A stretch of 32,000 bases of DNA, taken from the NCBI RefSeq assembly GCF_000829235.1, contig NZ_AP012549.1, positions 2,250,001 through 2,282,000 of the forward strand. Direction: 5' to 3'. Position numbers and translations under genes: made by a program. This document shows positions 1 through 9,365 of this stretch, in pieces. Numbering within the stretch: position 1 is the first letter of the stretch; every line of letters begins with the position of its first letter. The notes beneath the pieces were generated by a model that saw nothing but the letters and a program-made list of their open reading frames with translations, was not told the DNA's origin and searched no databases. Origin of the DNA: a cyanobacterium endosymbiont of Epithemia turgida isolate EtSB Lake Yunoko. Lineage in GTDB: Bacteria; Cyanobacteriota; Cyanobacteriia; Cyanobacteriales; Microcystaceae.

Positions 1-200
1 TAATTTAGTGCTATTAGCTGTGCGAAGCCTTCGTTTTCCCAAGTATTGTGTTTTTGGTAGTCTTCGATACTTTTCCGTAAAAAAGGAACAAAATCCAAGA
101 TAAATTTTTCTTATCTATTAGATTTATTTTTCAAGTTTTAATTAATTTAAATTAACCTATATAATGTATTTTTAATCAATTCTACACCATTTTAGCTGGC

Positions 201-247
201 AATAATGTTAGCTACTGAAATAATTTTGTCCAGTAGCTAACATTATT
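201..247. repeat. Perfect hairpin, 17-bp arms (201-217 / 231-247), 13-nt loop
   Basis: AATAATGTTAGCTACTG ... CAGTAGCTAACATTATT read directly. The sequence occurs only here in the window. Confidence 0.9.
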
Positions 248-359
248 TGGCAAGATTAAATTACAATTCCCATAAATCAGCGCAATGATAACTTACTTAA
301 TAAAATATTTACGATAATATCTAATATTTTTTAAAAATTTTAACAACTAGTAAAATTAA

Positions 360-740
360 TTTTTGTGCATCATAGTAATGGAATATTCGCTCAAACAAGT
401 GGAGAATATTCTGAGGCGTTAGATAATTGTCATGGAGCTTCCAATTTAGAAACAGCTTTTAATGATTATGGCTACCTTTTCTGCAAAATTAGCATTATTT
501 ATGCTATAAATGGAAAGTGAACTAAAGCTCTATAATACTATAAAAAAATCTGTTAATCTGACTTTATCTATATCCTCAGCTTTGAATAATATTGCTATTA
601 TCTACTATTATCAATGAAAAAAAATAAAGAAGGATAAAACTTTATTTTATAAAGCGGCTGAATATCGTAAATAAGTGATCTATTTAGCTTCGAATAATCA
701 CACTGAAGCTTTAAATTGGTTTAAAATATCATAACGTTCA
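360..740 (+). pseudogene. Possible degraded TPR-repeat protein remnant
   Basis: One frame reads GEYSEALDNCHGASNLETAFNDYGYLF...INGK*TKAL*YYKKIC*SDFIYILSFE*YCYYLLLSMKKNKEG*NFIL. Its periodicity resembles TPR units (G-Y-EAL / KAL-YY-K), but it is interrupted by many stops. The call rests on pattern resemblance only. Confidence 0.3.
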
Positions 741-797
741 TTTCTGAACTTTGTGATATTTTACTTTTTGAGTATTCCCTATTTATGGAAAAAATAA

Positions 798-1094
798 ATG
801 ATTGATCGCCAACAAGTGCAAAAAATTGCTCATTTAGCAAGATTAGATATAACTCCCACAGAGGAAGAAGAATTTGCCCCTCAATTGAACCGTATTTTGG
901 AATATTTTGATCAGTTAAGTAAACTTGATACCGAAAATGTTCCTCCCACTACTAGGGCAATCGAATTAAGTAACATTACCCGCAGTGATAGTTCAACTGT
1001 TTGCAGTGACCGTGAATCCCTTTTAAAACAAGCTCCGGAACAAGAAGGAGAGTTCTTCCGAGTCCCTCAAATTTTGAAAAGTGACGAAGAATAA
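798..1094 (+). CDS. gatC: Asp/Glu-tRNA(Asn/Gln) amidotransferase subunit C
   Basis: 98-aa ORF with an ATG start. [26 protein letters not shown]...[12 protein letters not shown] is the canonical GatC pattern and length. Confidence 0.9.
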   Translation: MIDRQQVQKIAHLARLDITPTEEEEFAPQLNRILEYFDQLSKLDTENVPPTTRAIELSNITRSDSSTVCSDRESLLKQAPEQEGEFFRVPQILKSDEE

Positions 1095-1140
1095 TTCTTA
1101 TAGAACTTTAAATTTTTAAATTACATGTTATGCTGATAGT

Positions 1141-1237
1141 TAGCTCGGACCCATGCGATTGCAACGCCCAAATCTTGTCAGGGCCGGAAGGTAGCAGCAA
1201 CACGGGATGCTTGCAATAGGCGTGGACTCCGAGCCCC
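1141..1237 (+). ncRNA. ffs: Signal recognition particle RNA (small/4.5S type)
   Basis: Carries the universal helix-8 motif GTCAGGGCCGGAAGGTAGCAGC (E. coli 4.5S: GUCAGGUCCGGAAGGAAGCAGC), preceded by GCAACGC. A closing stem pairs GCTCGGA (1143-1149) with TCCGAGC (1228-1234), and CCATGC pairs with GCGTGG. It forms a GC-rich island in an AT-rich spacer. Confidence 0.85.
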
Positions 1238-2073
1238 TGCTGCGTATGCGGTAACATATTTATTGTCTTCATCAGTAGCAAATTAGTGTCATGAAAATGA
1301 CTTAATTATAGTTGTGGAATATTGCTGTTGTTCAAGCATTAGTAAAAAATTAGCTTCATTTAATAAAATAAAATGTCTTAATATTTGCTCCGCCTCTTCG
1401 CAATAAAGTTAACAACGAGAGTCGTCAAATATTCTAATGTTAATTAGACTCCCCTTTGGGATCTTTTGGAAGTTCTTGGATATTTGATCTAGTCTATTGC
1501 GATGTCTATCTCAGAAAAACTATTACTTAACTTCAGCATAAGTCCTAGTTAAATCGCAATTTTGACTAGATGATTTTATCTAATATCCTTGCTTTTTCTT
1601 TTATATTTAATCTTCTTAATGTTAGGAAATGATATTACTACTATTGTGCTTACTTATGGAAAATTTTTAGGTTATAAGTTAACTTTATGTAGTTCTTAGT
1701 ATATTAGTTATGCTAGCTAAATTTTTAGGCAATTTATTATTCAGTAATTTCCTTTTTTAAATTACTGATTAATTCTAAGTTTACTTAAGATTACTTATTT
1801 AAGTTGTATAAGTTTATCTGAATAAAAATTATTTTTATAATCAGCGTATTTTGAGCTATTAAATAATTATTTAGATAGCTCAACTGTATTTAACCAGAAA
1901 CTAAACAGATTAATGATACTCTTAAATTAACTAGATTAGTGATACCTTTAGAAGGAGAGTATATTTGATGTGAAAATATAACCTAGTTTCCCTTTAGTTG
2001 AGTAATCATTCCTTCAACTGACAGTTTTTTCTCAGAAGTGATCATCTCTTTGATAAGATCTACGATCGACATT

Positions 2074-2082
2074 TGATATAAT
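2074..2082 (+). promoter_or_regulatory. Extended -10 motif TGATATAAT upstream of the ABC-2 operon
   Basis: Perfect TGnTATAAT ending 18 nt before the ATG at 2100. There is no good -35, and the implied leader is very short. This is motif evidence only. Confidence 0.3.
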
Positions 2083-2099
2083 TTTTTTATTTATTAACT

Positions 2100-3071
2100 A
2101 TGATTGAAGTTGAACGTCTGAGTAAAATTTATGGTTCCACAGCCGCCATCAAAGATGTGAACTTCTCTGTGAAAACAGGAGAAATACTTGGTTTTTTGGG
2201 TCCAAATGGTGCAGGAAAAACTACTACCATGAGGATTTTATCAGGATATATTCCCGCTACCAGTGGAACCGCTAAAATTAGTGGCTATGATGTCCATGAA
2301 CAGCCAATGGAAGTGAGACGGCGTATTGGCTATCTTCCTGAAAACCCTCCTTTATACCCTGATCTAACAGTGGAAGGTTTTTTAATGTTTGTGGCAAGAA
2401 TTAAAGGAATAGCAGTCGGAGACTGCCTTTCGCGAGTTAAATGGTCAACGGAACGCTGTCAACTCGAAGATAAACGTAAAGTACTTATTCGTAAACTTTC
2501 TAAAGGCTATAAACAAAGGGTAGGAATCGCTCAAGCGATTATTCACAGCCCTCCAGCTATTATTTTAGACGAGCCTACTGTCGGACTTGATCCAAAACAA
2601 ATTATTGAAGTTCGCCATCTAATCAAAAGTTTAGCCGGAGAACATACTATTATTCTGTCTACTCATATTCTACCTGAAGTTAGTATGACTTGTGACCGCG
2701 TAGCCATTATTAATAAAGGAAAAATAGTTGCCATTGATACCCCAAATAATTTAATGTCTCAATTAACCAAAAGTGGCGGATATGAACTAGAAGTGTCAGG
2801 AGATATTTATAGCATAAAATCTCTATTGGAAGAAATTCAAGGTATTTCTAATATTCTTATTAAAGACAAAGAAAACGCAAAAAATTGTCAATTAAATCAC
2901 TATTTAGTTCATTTAACAGCTGATTTAAATATAGAACCAGGACGAGATATTGCAGCCTTAATTATTAATCGAGGGTTAGCCTTATACGAAATGCGTCGTA
3001 CTCGTCCTACATTAGAGGATGTGTTCTTAAACTTGCTTACCGAAGAATCAGAAGTAGTAAATAACCAATAG
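2100..3071 (+). CDS. ABC-2 type transporter ATP-binding protein (GldA-like)
   Basis: 323 aa. Walker A GPNGAGKTT, signature LSKGYKQR, Walker B IILDEPTVGLD. First gene of a same-strand cluster with a 4-nt gap to the permease. Confidence 0.9.
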   Translation: MIEVERLSKIYGSTAAIKDVNFSVKTGEILGFLGPNGAGKTTTMRILSGYIPATSGTAKISGYDVHEQPMEVRRRIGYLPENPPLYPDLTVEGFLMFVARIKGIAVGDCLSRVKWSTERCQLEDKRKVLIRKLSKGYKQRVGIAQAIIHSPPAIILDEPTVGLDPKQIIEVRHLIKSLAGEHTIILSTHILPEVSMTCDRVAIINKGKIVAIDTPNNLMSQLTKSGGYELEVSGDIYSIKSLLEEIQGISNILIKDKENAKNCQLNHYLVHLTADLNIEPGRDIAALIINRGLALYEMRRTRPTLEDVFLNLLTEESEVVNNQ

Positions 3072-3075
3072 ATAT

Positions 3076-3861
3076 ATGATTTTAGCTAATTTAACTGCCA
3101 TTGTTCGTAAGGAATTTCAAAGTTATTTTTATACTCCTTTTGCCTATATTATTGCAGCATTTTTTTGGTTAATTTCAGGATTCTTTTTTAATTCAATTCT
3201 CGACCAATTGACCCAAGATATTAGCTTTCTCGAACAAAGCGGACAAATTTCTCGGTCTGTTGATGTTGCTAGTCAATTTTTGGAAGCCTTTTCAGGAGTC
3301 ATCATTTCTCTGTTCTTAGTACTTCTTCCCGCACTATCTATGGGATTGTATTCCGAAGAGCGTAAGCGAGGTACTTTAGAACTTTTAGCTACTTCTCCAG
3401 TGAATAATTGGGTGGTTGCTTTTGGTAAACTTTTAGGAGTTATTAGCCTTCTTATCGTATTGATGGTTCCTATCTGGATCTGGGAAATCATTGTCTTCAG
3501 TGCTGCTAATCCCCCAGTTAGTCTACAAATTATTTTACTAAATTACTTGTCTTTATTCCTTATTTCTACAGCTATTTTGTCGCTAGGAATGTTTGTTTCT
3601 TCTTTAACAGATAGTTCTATACTGGCCTATATTCTTACATTTATTTTAATTCTTTTTCTTTGGATTATAGATTTGGTAGCTAATAGTATAATTGAACCAT
3701 TAAGTAGTATTTTATCTCATCTTTCTCTTTTTGATAGTTACAGTAATCTCGTTAAAGGTGTTTTAGAACCCAGTAGTTTAGTTCTATTTGCAAGTTATAT
3801 TCTCATCGGTATTTTTCTAACAGCTCAATCCATAGAAATTTTAAGATTTCAACGAAGTTAG
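3076..3861 (+). CDS. ABC-2 type transporter permease (GldF-like)
   Basis: 261 aa, polytopic and hydrophobic, about 6 TM segments. Starts immediately after the ATPase. Confidence 0.8.
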   Translation: MILANLTAIVRKEFQSYFYTPFAYIIAAFFWLISGFFFNSILDQLTQDISFLEQSGQISRSVDVASQFLEAFSGVIISLFLVLLPALSMGLYSEERKRGTLELLATSPVNNWVVAFGKLLGVISLLIVLMVPIWIWEIIVFSAANPPVSLQIILLNYLSLFLISTAILSLGMFVSSLTDSSILAYILTFILILFLWIIDLVANSIIEPLSSILSHLSLFDSYSNLVKGVLEPSSLVLFASYILIGIFLTAQSIEILRFQRS

Positions 3862-3907
3862 AATTTGCTGTAATCTATATATTTTCAATCAAATAAAACC
3901 GAAAAAA

Positions 3908-5821
3908 ATGTTTAACTACCGTAAAGTCTTGAAATATTTGTTGATTCCAGGACTAGTTATGACTGTAGCAGGTTTAATAGCAGAATCGATGACTAAAAGT
4001 GGGTCAATTCTATATGTTAGTTTAATTGTCACTGGAAGTACTTTTATTATCATTTGGCTATCATATCTATTGATTGCTCGACGAAGTTTCTGGCAGAGAA
4101 GATCAAGTCAAGCAGGGACTAATGCTTTAATATCTACTCTGTCTTTAATAATTATTTTAGGAATAATTAACTTCTTAGCAGCTCGTTATTTAAACCCAAT
4201 TGATTTAACAGAAAATCAACTCTTTACTGTTTCTTTACAAACTCAAAAAATTTTACAAAATATTAATGAACCTGTCAAAGTATGGTTATTTGTAAAAGCT
4301 CCTGATCCTAGAGATAAAAATTTATTAGAAAATTACCGTCGCTATAATGAAAAGTTTAAATTTGAATTTATTGATCCTGACACTAACCTTGGATTAACTA
4401 AACGATTTGATGTTAATTCACTAGGAGATGTATACCTAGAATATAGAAATAAAAGACAGTTAGTACAAACCTTGCTCCAGTTTAATACTCAGGAACCTTT
4501 GTCTGAAATAAAATTAACTAATGCTATTGAAAAAATTCAGCGTAATTATATTCCTACAGTTTATTTTCTTCAGGGACATGGAGAATATTCTTTAGAAGAA
4601 TCTCACGAGGATAGTATTTTTATAGCTGTTAACAGTTTAAAAAATAAAGGACATAATATTAAACCTCTCAATTTAGTAATGTCTCCTAAGATTCCTGATG
4701 ATGCAGATGCAATAATTATTGCAGGTTCTCAACGCAAATTATTCGAACAAGAGGTTAAAGCATTAGAGACTTATTCAGATCAAGGAGGGAATCTTTTTTT
4801 ATTACTTAATCCTAATATTGAAACAGGGTTAGAACCTATCTTAGAGAAGTGGGGAGTCAAACTAGATAATCGTATTGTAGTAGATGGTTCAGGGCGAGGA
4901 AATTTAGTTGGTTTTGGTCCAGTAACTCCTTTGATTAATACCTATGGAAATCACCCCATTACGAAAGAGTTTAATAACGGAATTTCGTTTTATCCATTAG
5001 CACGTCCTATTGATACTATTAAAGTAGAAAACGTAGAAGCTACTTCTTTATTAATCGCTAGTGAACAAATGTGGGCTGAAAGTAATGTAGAATCTGAGAA
5101 GCTTACCTTTGATGAAACTCAAGACATCGCCGGTCCGTTTGATTTAGGAGTTGTTTTGATTCGTCAAATTGGTCCAGATAAAAAGCAGAAATCTCAATTA
5201 TCTCCTTCTTCTAGTCAACTAAATAAAGATTCTCTAATCCCTTCTCATGCAGAAAAATACATGGAGAAAAAACTACCTAAAAAAGGAGGAAAAGAAACTT
5301 CTTTTTCTTTTCCTAAAGAGACAGAAATTACATTCATACCTAATTCTTTCTCTATGATAACTCCATCAAAAAGGCGAGAACTCTCAATGTCTTCTATTTC
5401 TTCAAATAATGTAAAAATTAGATTAGTTCCTAGTATTATTGATGTCCAAGGTAGTGATTTGTATTCTTTTTTAGAAACAATAGAAACTAAAGAAAATAAT
5501 TCATTTTATGAAGAAAATCAGAAAAAAACAACACTTAAAAATCCTGATACAATTGAATCTCGTTTAGTCATAATTGGTAATTCAAGGTTCATTACTAATA
5601 GTTTATTTAATCAACAACTTAATGGTGATGTATTTTTGAATTCAGTTCAATGGTTAGTGAGTAAAAATGATCAACCCTTATCAATCCGTCCTAAAGAAGC
5701 GAAAAATCGTCGGATAAATTTAACTCCAGTACAAGCAAGATTATTGACTTTTCTAACATTAATATTTTTTCCGTTAGGAGGGTTTCTTGCCGGTTTTATG
5801 ACTTGGTTACGTAGACGGTGA
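3908..5821 (+). CDS. GldG-like ABC transporter auxiliary component
   Basis: 637 aa with N- and C-terminal TM anchors (C-terminus LTFLTLIFFPLGGFLAGFMTWLRRR). The large central domain contains the YFLQGHGE and IIAGS motifs typical of the GldG / ABC-type uncharacterised transport family. Its position after the GldA/F-like genes supports the call. Confidence 0.8.
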   Translation: MFNYRKVLKYLLIPGLVMTVAGLIAESMTKSGSILYVSLIVTGSTFIIIWLSYLLIARRSFWQRRSSQAGTNALISTLSLIIILGIINFLAARYLNPIDLTENQLFTVSLQTQKILQNINEPVKVWLFVKAPDPRDKNLLENYRRYNEKFKFEFIDPDTNLGLTKRFDVNSLGDVYLEYRNKRQLVQTLLQFNTQEPLSEIKLTNAIEKIQRNYIPTVYFLQGHGEYSLEESHEDSIFIAVNSLKNKGHNIKPLNLVMSPKIPDDADAIIIAGSQRKLFEQEVKALETYSDQGGNLFLLLNPNIETGLEPILEKWGVKLDNRIVVDGSGRGNLVGFGPVTPLINTYGNHPITKEFNNGISFYPLARPIDTIKVENVEATSLLIASEQMWAESNVESEKLTFDETQDIAGPFDLGVVLIRQIGPDKKQKSQLSPSSSQLNKDSLIPSHAEKYMEKKLPKKGGKETSFSFPKETEITFIPNSFSMITPSKRRELSMSSISSNNVKIRLVPSIIDVQGSDLYSFLETIETKENNSFYEENQKKTTLKNPDTIESRLVIIGNSRFITNSLFNQQLNGDVFLNSVQWLVSKNDQPLSIRPKEAKNRRINLTPVQARLLTFLTLIFFPLGGFLAGFMTWLRRR

Positions 5822-5875
5822 AAGATGGATAAAATATTTAACTCTAAATTAGAATCTAAATAGTTTAGAAAACTT

Positions 5876-6478
5876 ATGAAGTTACAGAAAAAAACTTGGA
5901 GTTTATTGATTGTTGCTGTCTTTTTATGCACTGCTGTATATACTTACGAAATTAAAGTTAAACAACAATCACAAATTAAATCAAACGATAACAAATTGTT
6001 CAATTTTACCGAAGAAGACATCAAAAATATCACCGTTCAAATTAAACAAGATACTTTAAAGTTCCAACGAACTGAAGATAATAAAGGGTATTGGAAAATG
6101 ACTGAACCTAAACAAGGAACTGCTAATGATGCAACTATTTCATTTTTAATTAATCTATTGGTCACTGGAGAAAGTGATCGCCGCTTTACAATTTCCACTA
6201 ATCAACAGAAAGATTATGGTATGAACAAACCATTAGCAACTATAGAAGTAATACTAAATAATGGGAATAAGCATCAGATAGTCTTAGGAAATTCAGATTT
6301 TAATGATAGCTTTTTATATGCTAAAGTAGATACTAATAACCAAGATACAGCAGAGCTAATTATTAGTTTAGTTTCTAAAAACTATCGATATGCAATTGAT
6401 AGAGAAATAGAGGAATGGTTGGAAATAAATGAATCATCAAACAGATCAGAAAATATTGATATAGACTTAAAGAAGTAG
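5876..6478 (+). CDS. DUF4340-like membrane-anchored protein, last gene of the ABC-2 module
   Basis: 200 aa with an N-terminal signal/anchor (KKTWSLLIVAVFLCTAVY). This genomic position is usually occupied by DUF4340 proteins next to gldG-like genes. I could not check similarity, and the ORF may be shorter than its homologues. Confidence 0.5.
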   Translation: MKLQKKTWSLLIVAVFLCTAVYTYEIKVKQQSQIKSNDNKLFNFTEEDIKNITVQIKQDTLKFQRTEDNKGYWKMTEPKQGTANDATISFLINLLVTGESDRRFTISTNQQKDYGMNKPLATIEVILNNGNKHQIVLGNSDFNDSFLYAKVDTNNQDTAELIISLVSKNYRYAIDREIEEWLEINESSNRSENIDIDLKK

Positions 6479-7116
6479 TCAATCTAAATTTAGACCTTAA
6501 GAAACTTAGAAGTTCACTTTCATGATGGACTAAAATAACTTTTTTTTAAAAAAAGAAAAAAACAGATAACGAGTGATTTTAGCTTAATTTAATTCAAAGT
6601 AAAATATAAATTATTTCTTTAGAAAACAGGCGATGTATTTTTAGTTTGAAATTAACTTTTTTATTGAGTAATTAAATATGGATGAAATTTTATATTTGCT
6701 TGATTATTTTTCTGAGTTTAACTTTTAAAAAGTTAACTTATTGACTCAAATCCTATTTAACAAAAATTGAATTTTACTATAAATTAATATCAACTACAAA
6801 ATTAATTAGATAATTTATCTACTATGTTATAAAAAAATATTGAGTCCATACTACGAAAAAAAGATGGTTCAATTAGTCCTCTTAATTCTCTCAAAATATT
6901 CATATTGGCAACTTAAACCGATATAAGCAATTATATAAAAAATAAAAATCTTATCCTGAAATTTGTTTGGCACAATTAGACGAACAAAAATTACATTTGT
7001 TCACAAAGTAGAATCGAATCCTTTACTGGCAATCTCTCTTTGTAAGATGGTTTGTTGGAGGTGAACTTAACCTTTCCTACAATTTCTTGATCGCCATTTA
7101 ACCACCTGGCGACACC

Positions 7117-7170
7117 ACAACACCATGCTAGCTTGTACCCCAATGGGGGTACAAGCTAGCATGGTGTTGT
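7117..7170. repeat. Perfect hairpin, 24-bp arms (7117-7140 / 7147-7170), 6-nt loop, inside the acs pseudogene
   Basis: ACAACACCATGCTAGCTTGTACCC caatgg GGGTACAAGCTAGCATGGTGTTGT. About 50% GC, with a unique sequence. Confidence 0.95.
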
Positions 7171-7700
7171 ATTCGAGGGATTTAGTACCGAAGTGTTAAG
7201 AAATCACCTGAAAGATATTCAAGTAAAAATAGTTGTTGCAACTTACGACAGATTTTGCAAAGATTGAGTAGTTTCTATCAAATCTCAATTTGATTTAGCC
7301 CTGGAACAGGGGACAAATTAAATTGAGAAAATAATCGTTGTTGAACACACAAAAAAACCGTCAATATGGACAATAAAAGGGATTATTGATGGTATGGTTT
7401 TTAAAAAGATATTTCTAGAGACTATCCTGCTGAAGTGATTGATAGTGAAAATAGTCTAATTTATCCTCTACACCAGTGGTAGTCCTAAAAAACCTAAGAG
7501 AGTTGTGCATATCACTACAGAAAGAGTATAGTCTTTACACTCACATAACTACAAAATGGATCTTTTATTTAAAGAATATGGATGTCCATTAGTGTACTGC
7601 GGATGTTGATTAGATCGTTGGGCATAGTTATGTTGTCTATAGTCGCTATTTAATGGCATGGCGCTACCAATCTAATATATGAATGGTTTCCCCGCACTTC

Positions 7701-7744
7701 TAACCCAGGTTGTTTCTACTCTATCCTAGAAACAACCTGGGTTA
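7701..7744. repeat. Perfect hairpin, 18-bp arms (7701-7718 / 7727-7744), 8-nt loop, inside the acs pseudogene
   Basis: TAACCCAGGTTGTTTCTA ctctatcc TAGAAACAACCTGGGTTA. The left arm encodes the Acs motif NPGCF. Confidence 0.95.
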
Positions 7745-9325
7745 ATATATTTTATACTACCTCAACTTCTTCTCCCACTTTAATAAAAACACGAGGAGCG
7801 GTTCTCAACTCACATAATCTGTCTTTCTTACACTTATTAGGAACCTTTGACTATACCATTCATTAACCCCGAGGCTTGGATGTGATCTCAGCGAGTCATT
7901 GGAAGTGCATAAGGTCCCATTTTTGATACATGGTGACGAACGGAAATAAAAATCGTAATGATTACGGTCTTACCCGGAGCTATATCCATCAAACCTAGAT
8001 CAGCAACTCTTCGTTATTGCAGCGGATATAGTAGATAGAGCAAGTGATACTGTTTATAATAACCTTGAAGTTTTAAGAAGACTTATTGGGGTCTTATTCC
8101 ATTTCTTGAGTAGACAGGAAGTGTGTTTATTTTACCGAAGATGATGCGCGTCAAGATAAAGATGGCTATTTTGAGATTATGGAACGAGTTGATGATGTCC
8201 TGAATATCTCAGCCCAGGTACACCGCTTAGGGTTAATGCAGTTAGAATCAGCGTTTGAGTCTAATAGTAAGCTGGCTAAAGCTTTGGTGGTGGGAGTTCC
8301 CCATGGTTTTAAATAAAGGGGAAAACATCTATACTTTTATCACCTTTGAAGATAACCGTAGTGCAAGTGATCAGTTAGCTAAAAAATTTAAATAACACAT
8401 CGTCGCAGATATATTAGTCTATATCTTTAGGTAAAGGTAATGCGTAAATCAATTAATACACTTATAAGAAATAGTATTATGTAGGGTATTCAAATAAAGT
8501 ACATTTAAATAAAATTGTTTTTATAAATAGAAAATACTATCTATTCTTAGTAGAGCTAATTTTAAACTATTGAATAAAGTTATTGGCAGTCATTTTGAAT
8601 AAAAAGATCAGGTTAATATTCCAGTATTGACTTTTAAATACAAGTAATTATAATATAGTAACACGAGTAAGATATGAATTTTATTTTTAAAAAAATAATA
8701 AAACTTTAAAATAATCATCGTTAAACAAAATATACTAATATGTCTACAAAAAATTGAGTCGTATAAAAAATATCAAATAAATATTAAATAATAACATTAA
8801 GAGTATAGTAAAAAGTGAATAAACAAGAAGTAAAAATAATGTTAAAGTATCTAAGCCAAAAAATAAGTATATAAAAATCTTAGCAATTGAAACGGTTAAC
8901 AATTTTATTAATCGTTTTTTTAAAACTTAGAGAGTAGACGTAGAAATTATAGAAACAAAAAATTTTTAATAAAAAATAAAATAGTTAAAAACTCAGAAAA
9001 ATCTATTCTGACTAAGATTAAAGAAGTTAATATAAGTTTTGATAAACTCTATAATAATGTTGTCGAGCAATTAATGCTATAAACTGAAGTAATAACAAAT
9101 AAATTTTATTTAATGAAAAAAGTTTAAGAGTGAAGTTTAAAAAATATTTAAATAAAGAACAAAAAGCTAAAAGTGCTGCTTACAATCTTGCCATAATTAC
9201 AATATTCTATTTTTATAGTAATAAAATTTTTGTCACGATAGAATACAATACGAATAAAAAAATTAGAAGTTATTAGCTATTAATTTTAGGCTATAAAAGT
9301 AAATCTTATTCTAATAAGTTATTAA

Positions 9326-9365
9326 AGAATATTAAAAATTAAGTAAATAATTTTTAATATTCTTA
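9326..9365. repeat. Perfect hairpin, 16-bp arms, 8-nt loop
   Basis: AAGAATATTAAAAATT aagtaaat AATTTTTAATATTCTT. It lies next to the A/T-skew switch of the ORF-free tract. Confidence 0.85.

Larger units (their letters stand above)
6824..8540 (+). pseudogene. acs: Acetyl-CoA synthetase pseudogene (frameshifts, stops, internal deletion of about 90 codons)
   Basis: Readable Acs blocks occur in shifting frames:
- NIESILRKK (about 6836)
- LAQLDEQKLHLFTK*NRILYWQSLFVRWFVGGELNLSYN (about 6970-7083)
- LDRHLTTWR
- FEGFSTEVLRNHLKDIQVKIVVATYDRFCKD*VVSIKSQFDLALEQG
- AMP-binding motif FILYTSGSPKKPKRVVHITT (about 7462-7521)
- NPGCF...VNIFYT
- DKDGYFEIMERVDDVLNISAQVHRLGLMQLESA (about 8150-8260)
- GENIYTFITFEDN...GK-VMRK (about 8330-8450)
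There are many in-frame stops, and no ORF of 60 aa or more appears in the track. Confidence 0.9.

Noticed and set aside
1-105. Open minus-strand frame at the window edge (LDFVPFLRKSIEDYQKHNTWENEGFAQLIALN...)
   Set aside because: It has no ATG (only a possible TTG), only about 35 codons are visible, and no family is recognisable. This is too little to call a CDS.
3273-3491. 72-aa minus-strand ORF
   Set aside because: It lies entirely antisense within the ABC-2 permease CDS and has no motifs. It is a typical shadow ORF. The same reasoning applies to 5671..5931(-), 10882..11064(+), 11910..12092(+) and 18942..19139(+), which overlap the GldG-like, ATPase and RqcH-like genes.
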